A DNA stretch of 64,000 bases from Octopus vulgaris (GCA_951406725.2 OX597836.1:31124001-31188000), one strand, 5' to 3'. Numbered from the stretch's first letter, positions 38,151 through 52,010 are shown. The notes: generated from the letters alone by a model not told the origin. Translations and numbers: made by a program.

Positions 38151-38881
38151 GCACGAGTACATATTTTACCTGGAGAAGGTCAGAGCTAAATTTTCACATA
38201 CTTTCTAATAAAAGTTATTTATCTTGTTTAATTAAAATTGAGTAATTATGGTAATTAGCATAATACTTGGTAAAAATATATATATCTTCCCAGAAAATAA
38301 ACAAAGAAAATTTTGTAAATGGGTTCAGACAAGGCTTGTGGGGTTAAAAAGCTTGCTTTGCAATCGTGTTGTTTCAGGTTCAATCTCACTGCAAACCTTA
38401 GGTTAGTGTCTTTTACTATAGCCCTGGGCCAAACAATGCCTTGTGAGTGAATCTGTGTGGAAATCTGTTGCGTGTGTATGTGTGTCTTTGTGTTTGCCTC
38501 CTTCATTGCCTTTGAAACAGTGTTGGTTTGTTTACGTCTCTGTATCTTTGCAGTTCAGCATAAGCAGACATTTTTTTATTCTTTTATTCGTTTACTTGTT
38601 TCAGTCATTTGACTGCAGCCATGATTGAGCACTGCTTGAAGAGTGTTTAGTCAAGTGAATCGATCCCAGGACTTATTGCTTTTTAAAGCCTGGTACTTAT
38701 TTTAGCGGTCTCTTTCTGTCGAACAGCTAAGTTACAACTTTTATTTTTTTTGTGAAGTGGGCTGCATGAACTGTGGATCATCATCATGCGGGCCGCACTC
38801 CTAAAAGAAATCAAGATAATTTTTCGTTTAAGCGAGCCATTGAGAAAGTCTCGTAGGATGCTGTTTGCCATGACTGGGCTA

Positions 38882-39133
38882 TTGGGTTGGTACATAATTA
38901 TTGCGGCTTTTTTTCAGCAAATTTTATTCAACAAAAACAATAACATGTAACAAAAACATCTTTAAATGATTATTCCAGAGCATATTCACCATCTACTTCA
39001 ATTACTGCTTCCCATTTACTTGGCAGACGGTCAGATCGTCATTTAAAGATGTTTTTTGTTAAATATTGTTATTGTTTTTGTTGAATAAAATTTGTTGAAT
39101 AAAGCCGCAATTATTAATTACGTACCAACCCAA
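38882..39133. mobile_element. Mariner-type MITE with long TIRs
   Basis: TA|TTGGGTTGGTACATAATTATTGCGG...CCGCAATTATTAATTACGTACCAACCCAA. Confidence 0.8.
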
Positions 39134-40239
39134 GAAAATCTTCAATTTAAATGACTTGAAGTATTTATATTTAAGCCAAGCGTAAGTTATCTCCCCTAAC
39201 GCAAAATCTGTAAGTGTTCTCAGGGACATGCGGAATCCATTTTAGATTATGTTAAATAGAGAAATATTTCTAACTTGTCAGTGTTAGAGTAGCGTTCACT
39301 TGACAGAGATGGATATTTATTGCTGTCGTTGCTAATATTAAAACACTCAACGAGAGCAGACACTCTCAGAGCGTATTTCGGTCATCATCGTTCGTCTTTT
39401 TAAACCACATTATCCGCTTTTTCCCTGCCTTTCTGAAGACAGAAAGGTGAGATTTGGCGGGATATATTGTTGTTAAATTCTAACTGACCCAGCGAATACG
39501 TAGAAGTTTTCCCGCAGACTCGAGGTAAAACTGCCAAGTCTTAGAAGTCACCGATTTGTAAGAAAGTTACACATCTATAATAGTGTGGTAGTTATCTCCC
39601 TTTACATCTTAAGTTCAAATCATTTTTTAAAAAATCGTTGAAATTGGCATTTCGTCGGTTACGACGAGGAGGGTTCCAGTTGATCTGATCAACAGAACAG
39701 TGCAAGTGGCCGAGCACTCCACAGGCACGCATACCCTTAACGTAGTTCTCGGGGTAGATCCGGCGTGACACCAAATGTGACAAAGCTAGACCTTTGAAAT
39801 ACAAGTACAGCTCATTTTTGCCAGCTAAGTAGACTGGAAAAACATAAAATAAAGTGTCTGGCTCAAGGACACGACGTGTCGCCGGGAATCGAACTCATGA
39901 CTGTAAGGTCGTGAGCCGAATGCCCTAACCACTAAGCCACTTCTTTCATCTTTGGAGATGTGGGGGAGGGGAGTTAAGATAAAATAAATACCAATTGTTG
40001 TTGTTGTTGTTGTTGATTCAGATAGATCTAAGATACATTCCAGCAGTGACCTTTCCACTTTTTTTAAAAATTCCAACATAGTGTAATCTTAGACTACACT
40101 TTCCAATACGTCTCAGTTTATTTAACCTTTTAGCATTTAACCCGGTTTTATTCAGCCCAAATATTCTGCCTGTCTTATGTTCAGACCGGCCAGATTTGGC
40201 CTTTCACACCAACCTTACAATGTCATTCTAAAAATAAAG

Positions 40240-40660
40240 GGATCTTTTCGGTTTGAACGGCAGTTTTTTCTAGCGGTGTCATATGAAATTGTTACCCATA
40301 ATTATGACCCTAGAATCGATCTATTGCATTTCAATCTCTTTTAGGGTTAGTTAGGGTTAGGGGTGGGGGAAGGGTATCTTTTTTTTTTTTCACAAATGTA
40401 AATAAACCTAATCTGTTTCTTAAACGAGGGACATATTCATACGGCAGAGAATGCTTTTTAACTCAATAGACGTCACTGATTGGTTGAAATTGCAGACATT
40501 GAAGAAAAAACAACAAATATCTTACAAACTATAGAATTTTCTCAATAAAGCCAAGAGAAAAAGATGTTTTATAAACACATTCTACCCGTATACAAAATTT
40601 AAAATTTTTTAGTTACCTAGAAATTATGTTTAAAAACTGCCGTTCAAACCGAAAAGATCC
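40240..40660. mobile_element. 421-bp MITE with perfect 29-bp TIRs and 8-bp TSD (Merlin- or hAT-type), nested in a piggyBac-type MITE
   Basis: AAATAAAG|GGATCTTTTCGGTTTGAACGGCAGTTTTT...AAAAACTGCCGTTCAAACCGAAAAGATCC|AAATAAAG. Confidence 0.9.
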
Positions 40661-40999
40661 AAATAAAGTCATATCATCGAAATATCGAAGCGAGGAGATA
40701 ATGCATAATTAATTCAAAACAATGTGAATAAACAAGCATTACATTTATGAGAATAATCTGAATGCTAACAGGACTAAGATGGTCGGGCTTGGGTTTGAAA
40801 GAGATTTGGCTATTAATGATTATCGCTGACAAATGTTTATTGTCCGTAATGCCCGCGCAAGATTTTACGTCAAGATTTTACGTCAAGCGCTGCTTGCACA
40901 ACACCACAACGGTTCTCACTAGCAATACCAAGGAGATCACAGACAAGCGAAGTACAAGATGTCATGCTCAGTAGAGATATATCTACACGCACACGCGCG

Positions 41000-41222
41000 C
41001 GGGCAGAACCGTTGGCATGCCGGGCGAAATGCGTAGCCGTATTTCGTCTGCCGTTACGTCCTGAGTTCAAATTCCGCCGAGGTCGACTTTGCCTTTCATC
41101 CTTTCGGGGTCGATAAATAAAGTACCAGTTTCGCACTGGGGTCGATGTAATCGACCTAATCCGTTTGTCTGTCCTTGTTTGTCCACTCTGTGTTTAGCCC
41201 CTTGTGGGCAGTAAAGAAATAT
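41000..41222 (+). mobile_element. SINE-A, CpG-intact copy
   Basis: Matches the 43138 copy. Confidence 0.9.
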
Positions 41223-42580
41223 ATATTGTAGAATTAACTATATTGTAGATGGTGGCGACGAAGATGACGGTCGCCGTATTGCTACTGGACGGGTGTTATC
41301 TGACGTCGTCGCTGGAATTGACTGTGTCGTGTGGTCAGTGGCTAGACCTTAGGAGGCTGGAACCAAAAGGCATCGAGACAAGAAGTTGAGATTTTATAGC
41401 TAACGCTAGACTCAAAATTGGAGTTGAGAACGGACTGTCTCACGTGATCGTATTTAGGGACTGCGGTTGGTTAGGTTGCATATGGGCACGCGATAGAGTA
41501 AGATACGAATTGGTACTTATTTTATTGACCCCGAAAGGATGAAAGGCCAGCAGTTTTAGTGGGACAGGTAGCTGATTACATCAACCTCGGTGCTTGACCG
41601 TTACTTTATTTTATCATCCCTGAAGAATAAAAGCCATAGTTGACCTTAGTAGGATTTGAACTGAGAATGTGACATGACTGACTGATATTCAGTCAGTAAG
41701 ACACTGCCCCGTCTCCATCCTTTGGCTCACAAGCGTTATCCCCTTTGTCTTTTCTTTCGTCTCTATATAGCATTCCGTACATCTTACTTAATGCTGAGAA
41801 CCACAACGCTGCGGTATTTTTCTAGGGATAGCATCTCGTATAGTCGTATAGTGCTAAAAAGCACAGAAATACATCGGTAGCAAGCGAAAAACTTCTAGCA
41901 GCAGTGTTATAATTGCTTCGTCCCGATTTTTGCGTCTTTGCGCGTTACCAGCGGCAAATACCCACTAGCAGAGACATGCTTGTATAAATTTAGCCTCTGT
42001 TAATATAGGAAAACAATAACTAATAAGTCACTGGCATCGCAAATAGCTGTTAGGCTGTGCAAAAATTCGTTGAGTACATTATACAGAATGCTGTTTTGAA
42101 AAAAATACTAGTGAACTGATACTGTTTCTGTCGAAAATAGCGAATTTACAATGGTCTCTATGTCTTAGAGTTGACTGGTCTCGTACCTTCTCCATTCAGG
42201 TATGGCATACCCACTCGTCTTTCCACTTTTAGTTATCTTGTTCTGTCCAACATCCCCGTCCCCGAAACAATTACCATGCCCAGTTCTTTGACCTAAGATT
42301 TCAATCCTTAGGTATCATCTCCTTGCTCATGATTTTCCTGAAGATGTTTCTTTTTCTTGGTAATCTTTCGAGTCCAAGAAAGACGATTCTGAAATTTCTT
42401 GTTGAACAATCTGCACAGGTAAAGGAGTGGCTGTGTGGTAAGTACATGGTTCCAACCACATGGTTCCGGGTTCATTCCCACTGCGTGGCACCTTGGGCAA
42501 GTGGCTTCTACTATAGCCTCGGGCCGACCAAAGCCTTGTGAGTGGATTTGGTAGACAGAAACTGAAAGAAGCCCGTCGTA

Positions 42581-42629
<49 letters not shown>

Positions 42630-43137
42630 ATGTGTGTGATTATGTTTGTGTGTCTGTGTTTGTCCCCCCAACATTGCTTAACAACCGATGGTGGTGTGTT
42701 TACGTCCCCACAACTTAGCGGTTCGGCAAAAGAAACCAATAGAATAAGTACTGGGCTTCCAATGAATAAGTCTTGGGGTCGATTTGCTCGACTAAAAGGC
42801 GGGGCTCCGGCATGGTCGCAGTCAAATGACTGAAACAAGTAAAAGAGAGAGATGATTTGTTTATTGTGGTCAAATGCTTTGTGCTGTATATGAGCCCACT
42901 TCCTCCATCAGATCGACATTGCCTGTACTAGTGCATGGTGTGCGTCACATCAGATGTAGAAGTGATCGTAGAGCGACGTGAAATGAAGATTTTTGGACAT
43001 ACCTACACAAGTGTCTCCTCCCGCCACCAACTTTGTTTCTTTATATCTTCCAGAAAAATGGATATTTTTAGATTAAATTTTATACAAATACGCTTCAGGT
43101 GGTGCAGAGTCTGATTATATCGAAATTTGTTGCGGAA

Positions 43138-43545
43138 GGCGGCGAGCTGGCAGAAACGTTAGCTCGCCGGGCGAAATGCTTAGCAGTATTTCGTCTGCCG
43201 CTACGTTGTGAGTTCAGATTCCGCCGAGGTCGACTTTGCCTTTCATCCTTTCGAGATCGATTAAATAAGTACCAGTTACACACTGGGGTCGATATAATCG
43301 ACTTAATACCTTTGTCTGTCCTCTCTGTGTTTAGCCCCTTGTGGGTAGTAAAGAAATACGTATTTCGTCTGCCGTTACGCTCTGAGTTCAAATTCCGCCG
43401 AGGTCGACTTTGCCTTTCATCCTTTCGGGGTCGATAAATTAAATACCAGTTACGCACTGGGGTCGATGTAATCGACTTAATATCTTTGTCTGCCCTTGTT
43501 TGTCCCCCCTATGTTTAGCCCCTTGTGGGTAATAAAGAAATATAC
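43138..43545 (+). mobile_element. Dimeric SINE-A with 19-bp TSD, inserted in an older fold-back element (~43100-44058)
   Basis: ATCGAAATTTGTTGCGGAA at 43119-43137 and 43546-43564. Confidence 0.92.
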
Positions 43546-44091
43546 ATCGAAATTTGTTGCGGAAAAATAAATTCTGTAGGCGGGGAGAGGAGTTTCGGAA
43601 AATTCTCACGAATCGGCTTTGTTTTCCTATAACATTAAGAAAGCTGGATACTCCTTTTTATGAAATTTCTCACAAATGCCTTTCACTGTCTGTAGATTAT
43701 GACTTTATTGAAATTTAATATGAAAAAAGAAGCAAACAAAATACATGGTGAACATGCACGCATACTTACTACTGGTACACAATACAGTTTCTTTCGAAAT
43801 TTCAAGTTTCCTTTTGTAGATATGTGATGTGTGTCAGTATGAATGTGTGCGAGTCAGCCATTTTTTTTCTTTCATATGTTAAATTTCGATATAATCGTAA
43901 CCTATAGATTCTTACAGGTATTTATTGAAATTTTCATGAAAAATAAGTTGAGGAAACAAAGCTGACTTATGTGAATTTTCAGAAACCTGTCTGCTATTCA
44001 CAGAATTTTTTTGTTCCTCAAATTCCAATATAATCTAAATCTTGTGTAAGTATGCCGATTTTTGTTCTAAAACACAACGCCCCGCCCGGTC

Positions 44092-44637
44092 GCGAAATCT
44101 TTTCCCACGACAGTTCCGGGCCCCAATTATGACCTCATTTGCATACAGCCAATCAGAGCTCAACTATCAAACTAATTCATCAGCTCATAACAAGTGATGG
44201 ACAATGAGATAAGGTCACTTGGGTAAGGAATGACCATGCTTCTTTTTACTTCTAATAATGCTTGTTGTTCTTGTTTCAACCATGGCTGCCTCTGCGTAGT
44301 TATTTGTGTTGTTGTTTACTTTGTGAAACATTAAGGGGAGACGGTTGCTAGCACATCACCCTCTACCCACATTTTCCTCATCCACATCTTTACCAATATG
44401 GGGCCCTAACAAAATCCGATAATAGGTATAGATGCAAATTTATCTAATCCCTATTTTCCTTCTAAAATCAGGCATAGCTTGGCGATCGGTCAGCTTACAA
44501 CAGCGTTCTTCGTCTTGAGTTTACTTGGTAGAATGTGTTTGTTAACTTCACGACAAAATCAAGGTGAGCTCTGATTGGCTGTATGCAAATGAGTTCATTA
44601 CTGGGGTCCGGAATTCTCGTGGGAAAAAAATTTCGCC
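44092..44637. mobile_element. MITE with ~75-bp TIRs containing octamer and CCAAT motifs, inserted in a SINE fragment
   Basis: GCGAAATCTTTTCCCACGA..CTCATTTGCATACAGCCAATCAGAGCTCA and its inverse at ~44563-44637. Confidence 0.8.
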
Positions 44638-45357
44638 GCCCCGTCTGGCAACCGAAACCACGATCTTGCTATCATGATTAAATGGATGTCTAAATGGATT
44701 ATAAATGGCATCAAGTCCACCGGTTTCCGAGGACTTGCAAAGGTCATGGGTATTACTGCTTCTTCCGTACTCATTAACTAAAATAAAAGGTCAAACAATT
44801 TCGGCCGTACAATCCCCCTCTGACCCGTTATCTTCCATATTCAGTACTTGCTAAAACGGTTGAAAGTCGAAAATTTTCCTGAATGTAATGTTTGGAACAA
44901 ATTCTGTTGTTTGAAGCTATGCAGTTGATTTTTATTTTATTAATTTTAATTTTCTTTACGAATTAAAATAAAAAAACAGACCGTGTTTATAAACACAGAC
45001 GGTGAATCGTGAGAATCTGTAGACCATCGAATAAAGTTCCGTGTTTCTTTTACTCTTTTATATAGTCTGAGGAGTTCCAATCCCGCTGAGGTCAATTTTG
45101 ACTTTCCCCCTTTTAAAATCGATGAAATAAATTAATACTCGGGTGCTGGATAGAGTTATAAGGTATCCTAGATGTGATTGGATCTATAATTGTCGAAGTT
45201 TATTAATTTTAAGTGGACGACGTGTATAACTGACGGATGTTGCCGAAAATCAGTTCGGTAGTTTCCGTCGAAGAAAAACAGAGAAAGCTTATTAGATCAG
45301 ACGATAGATGATGATATATAAAGAGAGAGGAAAGAGTGGGAGGGAATGATTAGACTA

Positions 45358-45360
<3 letters not shown>

Positions 45361-45412
<52 letters not shown>
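45361..45412. repeat. (GA)n tract ~120 bp upstream of the hydratase ATG
   Basis: Read directly from the sequence. Any promoter role is unproven. Confidence 0.9.
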
Positions 45413-45416
<4 letters not shown>

Positions 45417-45533
45417 TAAAAGCAGAGAGCAAGAGGCAGAAAGTCAAGACAGATAGAGACATAGAGAGAGGGGAAGTGAGATCACGTAAAAAGTGTAATA
45501 AGTTTTCAAACAGAGCATCGACCCTGCGTGGAA

Positions 45534-45666
45534 ATGACTCTACCGTTTGGCCCGTTGGGCTTACGATGTCTGTCTCGCTCTGTTCTGTGTGGACGGAATG
45601 TTAAAACAGTTTTCTTACAACAAACCACATCTGCTGGACGATTTGTGCACAACATTGCTAAGAAAG
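45534..45666 (+). CDS. Enoyl-CoA hydratase/crotonase-family gene, exon 1 (MTLPFGPLGLRCLSRSVLCGRNVKTVFLQQTTSAGRFVHNIAKK), probable mitochondrial presequence
   Basis: ATG at 45534, AAAG|gttgga donor in phase 1 matching exon 2 (G+AT=Asp). Peptide is R/S/L/T-rich with no acidic residues. Confidence 0.72.
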
Positions 45667-45979
45667 GTTGGACACCTTAGTCGCATTTAAAATATTTCAT
45701 TTAAAAAAGTAAACAACACTGTATCCCTTTAAATTTTTTGCGCCCACCCTCCTACATTTTTTCTTTCTTTTTTTTCTCATTAGCGCTAATTACAAGCATA
45801 TTATCGCCGAATTTCTTTCTTTTCTCCGTTTATTTTTAACTGCCCCCCTCCTATTTGTGAAAATATTCTACCTTCTTTCTCTTTCTGTTTTTCTTCTGTC
45901 TAACCGTATTGTCTTTAAAATTCCAGCATGGCTTGTAAAAATAACATATGTAAATTGTTATTCTTGTTGCAATGGTCGT

Positions 45980-47200
45980 TTAGCCCCAGGTCAACCCTGG
46001 TTGAGTAGCCCTAGGATTAAAGGTATTTCCAAGTTGTGACCACTTCGTCGTCTTTCACTTCGAAACAGTGCGCCCAGGCCCGTAATATCTAATGTCTTCC
46101 TATTGGAAGAGATATTGTTGCTATTTCTAGCTAATCGAGCGATCAGATATCAGCTTTAGGTTGTTGTTGTCTTACTCTGGAACTCTGGTTGAACAAACCT
46201 ATAATTAAATGCATTCCAGCCGTAATCGGCCGTCGTTTTTAAGGGTATCAAAATAACATTACCTAATGTGCGCTTTCATTTATCTAACTGTAATTTGAGG
46301 GAGGTTTAGCTGCTATGTTTTGCATGTCGAGCGACGAGACTGAGACTCTGCTCCTTCTTTAGGCAGTCTTCAAAGATTGACAAATTTGTAGGGAGACAAG
46401 GGGGTTAGCTTCCACGCGGTCGCTCTGACCTACTCCAAGAAACTAGAAATCTCCCTTAAATCGTTCCCTATCGTACTTAAAGAAACAAAAACAAAGGCAC
46501 AGACAATGTATTTATTCAAAAATATACAAAACTATGCGTGGTGGTCACGACTAGAACACCATTGATAACAGATCCGCTTTATAAGGTGGAGTCATATCTA
46601 ATAACTATATTTCACACAAGCGTCAGTGTACGACCTGCTAGAAAGAGCAGTCAATTCTTCATTAAATCTCACGCTCCCGTCTTAGAATCTTAGTACACTG
46701 TGCCTGAAAAAGATTATGGGCATGGCTGGAAGGTTTTTGATTACAGGCCTACTTTATCAGATTAAACTTGGTGTTCAATAATAACTATAGCCTTCACAAA
46801 CCAACGGAGCCACTACGTGGTCGTTCGACGTGTTGGATATAACATCTAAATCTCTCTCTTAAATCACATCTTACCGTTCTGAAAAATAATTGGATAATGA
46901 AATCTTAGGTGAATTGTGCTTGGAAAATAAGATGGGATGTTCATGGTTGGAAAGCCTTTAGTCATAGATTAGCTTTAATCAAACCATAATTAAGCAGCAG
47001 TAGTAACAATTATATAAGTGGCTACTCGACCTGCTAGAAATAGCAGATAAATTCGCTTTAGATCTTACTTGACGGTCTCAAAGAAGTTTATAGCTCATAT
47101 ACTAAATTGGATACCGAAGTATTGCATTCACGATACCTTAATAAAAGCTGGGAATATCGCAGCTGGAGTACCTTTCATTATGGGGTTGCCTCGTTTAGGT
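45980..47200. repeat. Cluster of ~6 diverged copies of a ~190-bp interspersed repeat (GCTATTTCTAGC family), 2 forward then 4 reverse
   Basis: Shared GATTTGGCTGCTATTTCTAGC..TCGAGCGAC-like motif, also seen at 11.4, 11.6, 18.9, 29.5 and 48.0 kb. Confidence 0.65.
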
Positions 47201-47410
47201 TTGATATGGGGCCAGCCCCGATTAAGATTATATAACAATTCAAATAAGTTTCTGTAACAAGATCAGTTGCATCACTACATTTTGTTTTCGACAAATCCGA
47301 TTTGTCGAAAAAGAAACTTATTTGAATTGTTTTCAAAATTCTTGTTAGACTGGAATTATTAAATCATTAATGAAAGTGAATGAACATAATCTTAAGTACA
47401 GAGAGTACGT

Positions 47411-47660
<250 letters not shown>

Positions 47661-47774
47661 ATTGATTTTAACCATGGTAAACTTATTCAACATTTTGTCG
47701 AAGATGAAAGAATTGTGAAAATACAAACTCAACTTAGTTTTCACATAAAGAGCTGGGAGGGACCAAAAACTTCA

Positions 47775-47806
<32 letters not shown>

Positions 47807-48652
47807 GTCTTCCATCACTCTTTTACGGGATGCTGGTTTTTATCAATTTGAGAACAACTAGTTTAGCCTTCAAGTCCTGATCTAAGTCCGTATGGTAATC
47901 TGTGTCGCAGGCACAATCCACCTGTTCCCACATTAATATGTGTTTTAAGTCTAAAACGAGAGGATGGTGTGAGTTGAGGGGAGATTTGGCAACTATTTCT
48001 AGCAGATCGAACGATCACATAGAGGCTCTTGCTTAAAGCTATTGAGCTCCAGATCAGCCAGGAATATCTGTTAATAATAAGTTTTTCTTTTAAGGTGTGA
48101 CTTTGGTTTTAAAGGGAAATTCGTCTGCTAATTCAATGAGGTTTGACAACTACGGCTATGCTAGATCCATTAACATTGTCATTTTGCTGCACAATTGTAA
48201 AAACAAAAATACTTCTTTCTTGAAGTTTTGCAGGGCCGGGGGCTAGTTAATTATTCGACCTCAGTGGTACATATTTATTATATGTTAATTATTCGACCTC
48301 ACTGGTACATATTTCATTGACCCCGAAAAAATGAAATGCAAGGTTGACCTCGGTGGAATTTGAACTCGGGCAATAAAAGTTCTTATAATGTTTTAATTCT
48401 GCCGTCCTTATGATATCATTTCTCATATACATATTTGTATTATAATACATAAAGCAAGGGATATTTCTTCTTTCCCTTATCCGACTTGGTTTATAAATAA
48501 AGAGGTGCAGGAGTGGTTGTGTGGTAAATAAGCTTGCTTCGCAACCATATAGTTCTGGGTTCAGTCCCCCCGCGTAGAACCTTGGGCTAGTGTCTTCTAC
48601 TACAGCCTTGTGAGTGGATTTGATAGATGGGAACTGAAAAGAAGCCTGTCTC

Positions 48653-49104
48653 CTATATTTATTCTATATCCAGAATAAGTCCTGGGGTCGATTTGCTCGA
48701 CTAAAGGCGGTGCTCCAGCATGGCCCGCTGTCAAATGACTGAAGCAAGTAGAAGAATATTATACAAACACCACGAAAAGATAGCTACGTGTATGAATGGT
48801 TTTCTATATTTATTCTATATCCAGAATAAGTCCTGGGGGTCGATTTGCTCGACTAAAGGCGGTGCTCCAGCATGGCCGCAGTCAAATGACTGAAACAAGT
48901 AGAAGAATATAATACAAACACCACCAAAAGATAGCTACGTGTATGAATGGTTTTCTATATTTATTCTATATCCAGAATAAGTCCTGAGGTCGATTTGCTC
49001 GACTAAGGGCGGTGCTCCAGCATGGTCGCAGTCAAATGACTGAAACAAGTAGAAGAATATAATACAAACATCACGAAAAGATAGCTACGTGTGCGAAAGG
49101 TTTT
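48653..49104. repeat. 151-bp tandem repeat x3 containing a SINE-B 3' end
   Basis: Units start at 48653, 48804 and 48955. Confidence 0.92.
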
Positions 49105-49537
49105 AGCTCTTTATTTATTTATAGTATTTTCATGGTAATTGTATCACATTGTAACTTGGTTAAGTAGTTAAAAGTTGTTTGCCGTTTAGTAATTTGTAAA
49201 CTAGTTTTTCACACGAGATAGATAATATCAAGGTAAACTTTCTACTTCACACCCACGTGTTATGTTTGTTTGTTTTCTGTTATCGTTCCAGCTAGGAAGC
49301 TAGAAATAAACCGCATAATAATAATATCGGAAACGAAAATACGCTTCAGGCTTTTGTTTAATCATCGTCTGGTGGTGCTGTTTTTCTTACTAATTTTTAA
49401 TTTTTTTTTCAGCGGTAGTTAGAATGGTGGATATGGTGTAGCATCGTCTGAATTCTTGGTATTATTGTAGAAAGTACTCTAGCAACCGTTTTCAGTCAAG
49501 CTTGTAGCAAAATTTCATTCCCTTTTCTTTCTTTTTT

Positions 49538-49629
<92 letters not shown>

Positions 49630-49676
49630 CCTATCTACCTTATCTGTCTGTCTATCTATCTGTCTATCTAGCTATC

Positions 49677-49707
<31 letters not shown>

Positions 49708-50645
49708 AATTATTGTGTATAGTGCTCAGGTGCACTGCAACTCATCAAAGGTGCATGTACAGTATATAGAATTATGTACAAAAGTCAGGAAAGTGAACAG
49801 TGTGTGAGTCAGGATATACAGGTGTGCATGCATATGGAGGTGGGGATATCAGGTGTAGTGTTGGTGAATATCAGGAAGCATTGAGGTTTTAGAACATGCA
49901 ATGTCTCAGCAGCTAACAACTGATGCAAGTAGTTTGTTCCATGCTTCAGCAACTCTGAGTGTGAAAAAATGTTTCCTGAAGCCATGGGTGCTTTGCTGTT
50001 TTCTGACTTTATTGGCATTCCCATGTGTGTTAGACACATGGAGCTCAAAAATGTGCTCAAGGTGGTTGTTGGCATGATGGTTAATAATTTTGTAGATGTT
50101 TACCAAGTCAGTTGCCAGATGTATCTCTATTAATGCAATGAGCTTCTTTCAGTTTCCATCTACCAAATTCATTTACAGAGCTTTGGTCAGCCTGAGGCTA
50201 TAGTAAAAGACACTTGCTCAAGGTTCTATGCAGGAGGACTGATCCCAGAACCATGTGGTTGGGAAGCAAACTTTTTACCACACAGCCATGCTTTTATACT
50301 TTGGATGGTAACCTTAATTTATTTTGCAATTTGAATGGCAGCTTTAATCACCTGGACCCAAGACCTCTGAAAAGAATTTGGTAACAGAAAAGAAGACTGT
50401 ATTCATGTGCTATGGGTGATATTTTTTTCAAAATTCAAAGGATCTGTGAGTTTTTGTTTCTTTTTAGGAAGGGGCCGAGCAGATAGTTAAAGGCCTTTCC
50501 TTGTTTCTTGGGGCCTCAGACCAATGTACCATTTGAACCCCTCTCTTCTGGTTGCCTGTTTGGACAGGCTATTGTGTTTTCTTTTTATGCAATGAAAACT
50601 GTCAAATTTAGCTCAAAGACCTTGTGTGTGTGTATGTGTATATAT

Positions 50646-51470
50646 ACAGTGGGCAGTGAATAGACTGTTGTCTAAATTATGCAAAAATGAAAATAACACT
50701 GACACCTCATTTTAACAGATATATTTACCAAAATTACATAAAAATATCTTGAAATCCTAAAGAGTAAATTTATTCAATAAAATCGCCATTGGCTTCAACC
50801 AAGGCCTCCAGACAACTTCAGAATCTCCTGCAGCTCTTTTGAACAGTCTCCTTGTTTAAGTTGGTGAATGCTGCCATAATCCTTGCCTTCAGTTCATCTT
50901 TGGTGTGTTACAAGGAGTTTTGTTGGTCTCTCACTCAACTGTGCAGCATACATAATAATCAAGGGGGTTGCAGTCTGGAGAGTTAGGTGGCCAGATGTTA
51001 GGGGTGATGTGGTCGCAGAATTTGTCTGACAGCTATGACTGGGTTCACCTCCTTGTGTGGCATGGTGCAGAGTCCTGTTGCCAGATACAGGGTCTTCCAG
51101 CATCCACCCTTGTGACCTCCGTGTTCAGTCTGAGGCCATGTAGAAAGATGAATTGAGGCATTACGTCACCATCACTAGTGATCACTCCAAACACCATGAT
51201 GTTGACTGGATGTTTGATTTTTATCCCTCTCAGTACATATTCTCAAACACTCTGAAATGTTTGTATTGGAGCTTCCAGCATGAATGCCAAACAGTACAGC
51301 ATGTCATTTCCAAATTTCTGGCAGAGTGAATTGCGTCATGGTGCTGTTTTTCTCACAGACAGTGCCCAACTGACCCTACTATATTGTATAGTCAACAAAT
51401 TCAAAAAACAAAGTGCATGCGCAAAATTAAAAATATAAAATGGTGACAATTTGTCCATTATACCCCTATA
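50646..51470 (-). mobile_element. DD37D (maT)-type Tc1/mariner relic
   Basis: Minus-strand peptide NIWPPNSPDCNPLDYYV. Confidence 0.75.
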
Positions 51471-51518
51471 TATATAGCTCTCATATTGTATCCGTTTCTT
51501 TCCTTGTTATATTTACAG

Positions 51519-51680
51519 ATTCTGTTACTGTTGAACTGATAGGCAAAATATGTTTGATCGGGTTAAACTGTCCTGAAAAGAAGAATGCTGTTAATTCTCA
51601 AACTGCCCACAGTCTGTATCGGGCTTTTCAGGACTTTGAACACAATGACCAGACACACGTTGCGGTATTATTTGGTAAAG
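51519..51680 (+). CDS. Enoyl-CoA hydratase-family exon 2 (DSVTVELIGKICLIGLNCPEKKNAVN...VAVLFGKG)
   Basis: tttacag acceptor, G|gtaagc donor. Crotonase LNxPxKxNA motif. Confidence 0.92.
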
Positions 51681-51959
51681 GTAAGCGTGCGATTTTGTTT
51701 GTTTATGACCGTATTGTGATAGATGCGTTTCTTTTAATTCTTTTGTTCTTTTACTTGTTTCAGTTATTTGACTGCGACCATGCTGGAGCACCGCCTTAAA
51801 GGGTGTTAGTTGAAGAAATCGACCCCCCCCCAGGACTTATTGTTTGTAAGCCTAGTACTTATTCTATCGGTCTCTTTTGCCGAACTGCTAGGTTACTGAG
51901 ACATAGACACACTACCATCAGTTGTCAAGTGATGGCAGGGGGAATAAACACAAACACTC

Positions 51960-52010
<51 letters not shown>

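Noticed and set aside
40341-40368. Telomere
   Set aside because: Only about three TTAGGG units, internal to a MITE.
41250-41261. TGGTGGCGACGA as an LTR primer-binding site
   Set aside because: No identifiable LTR or gag/pol sequence nearby.
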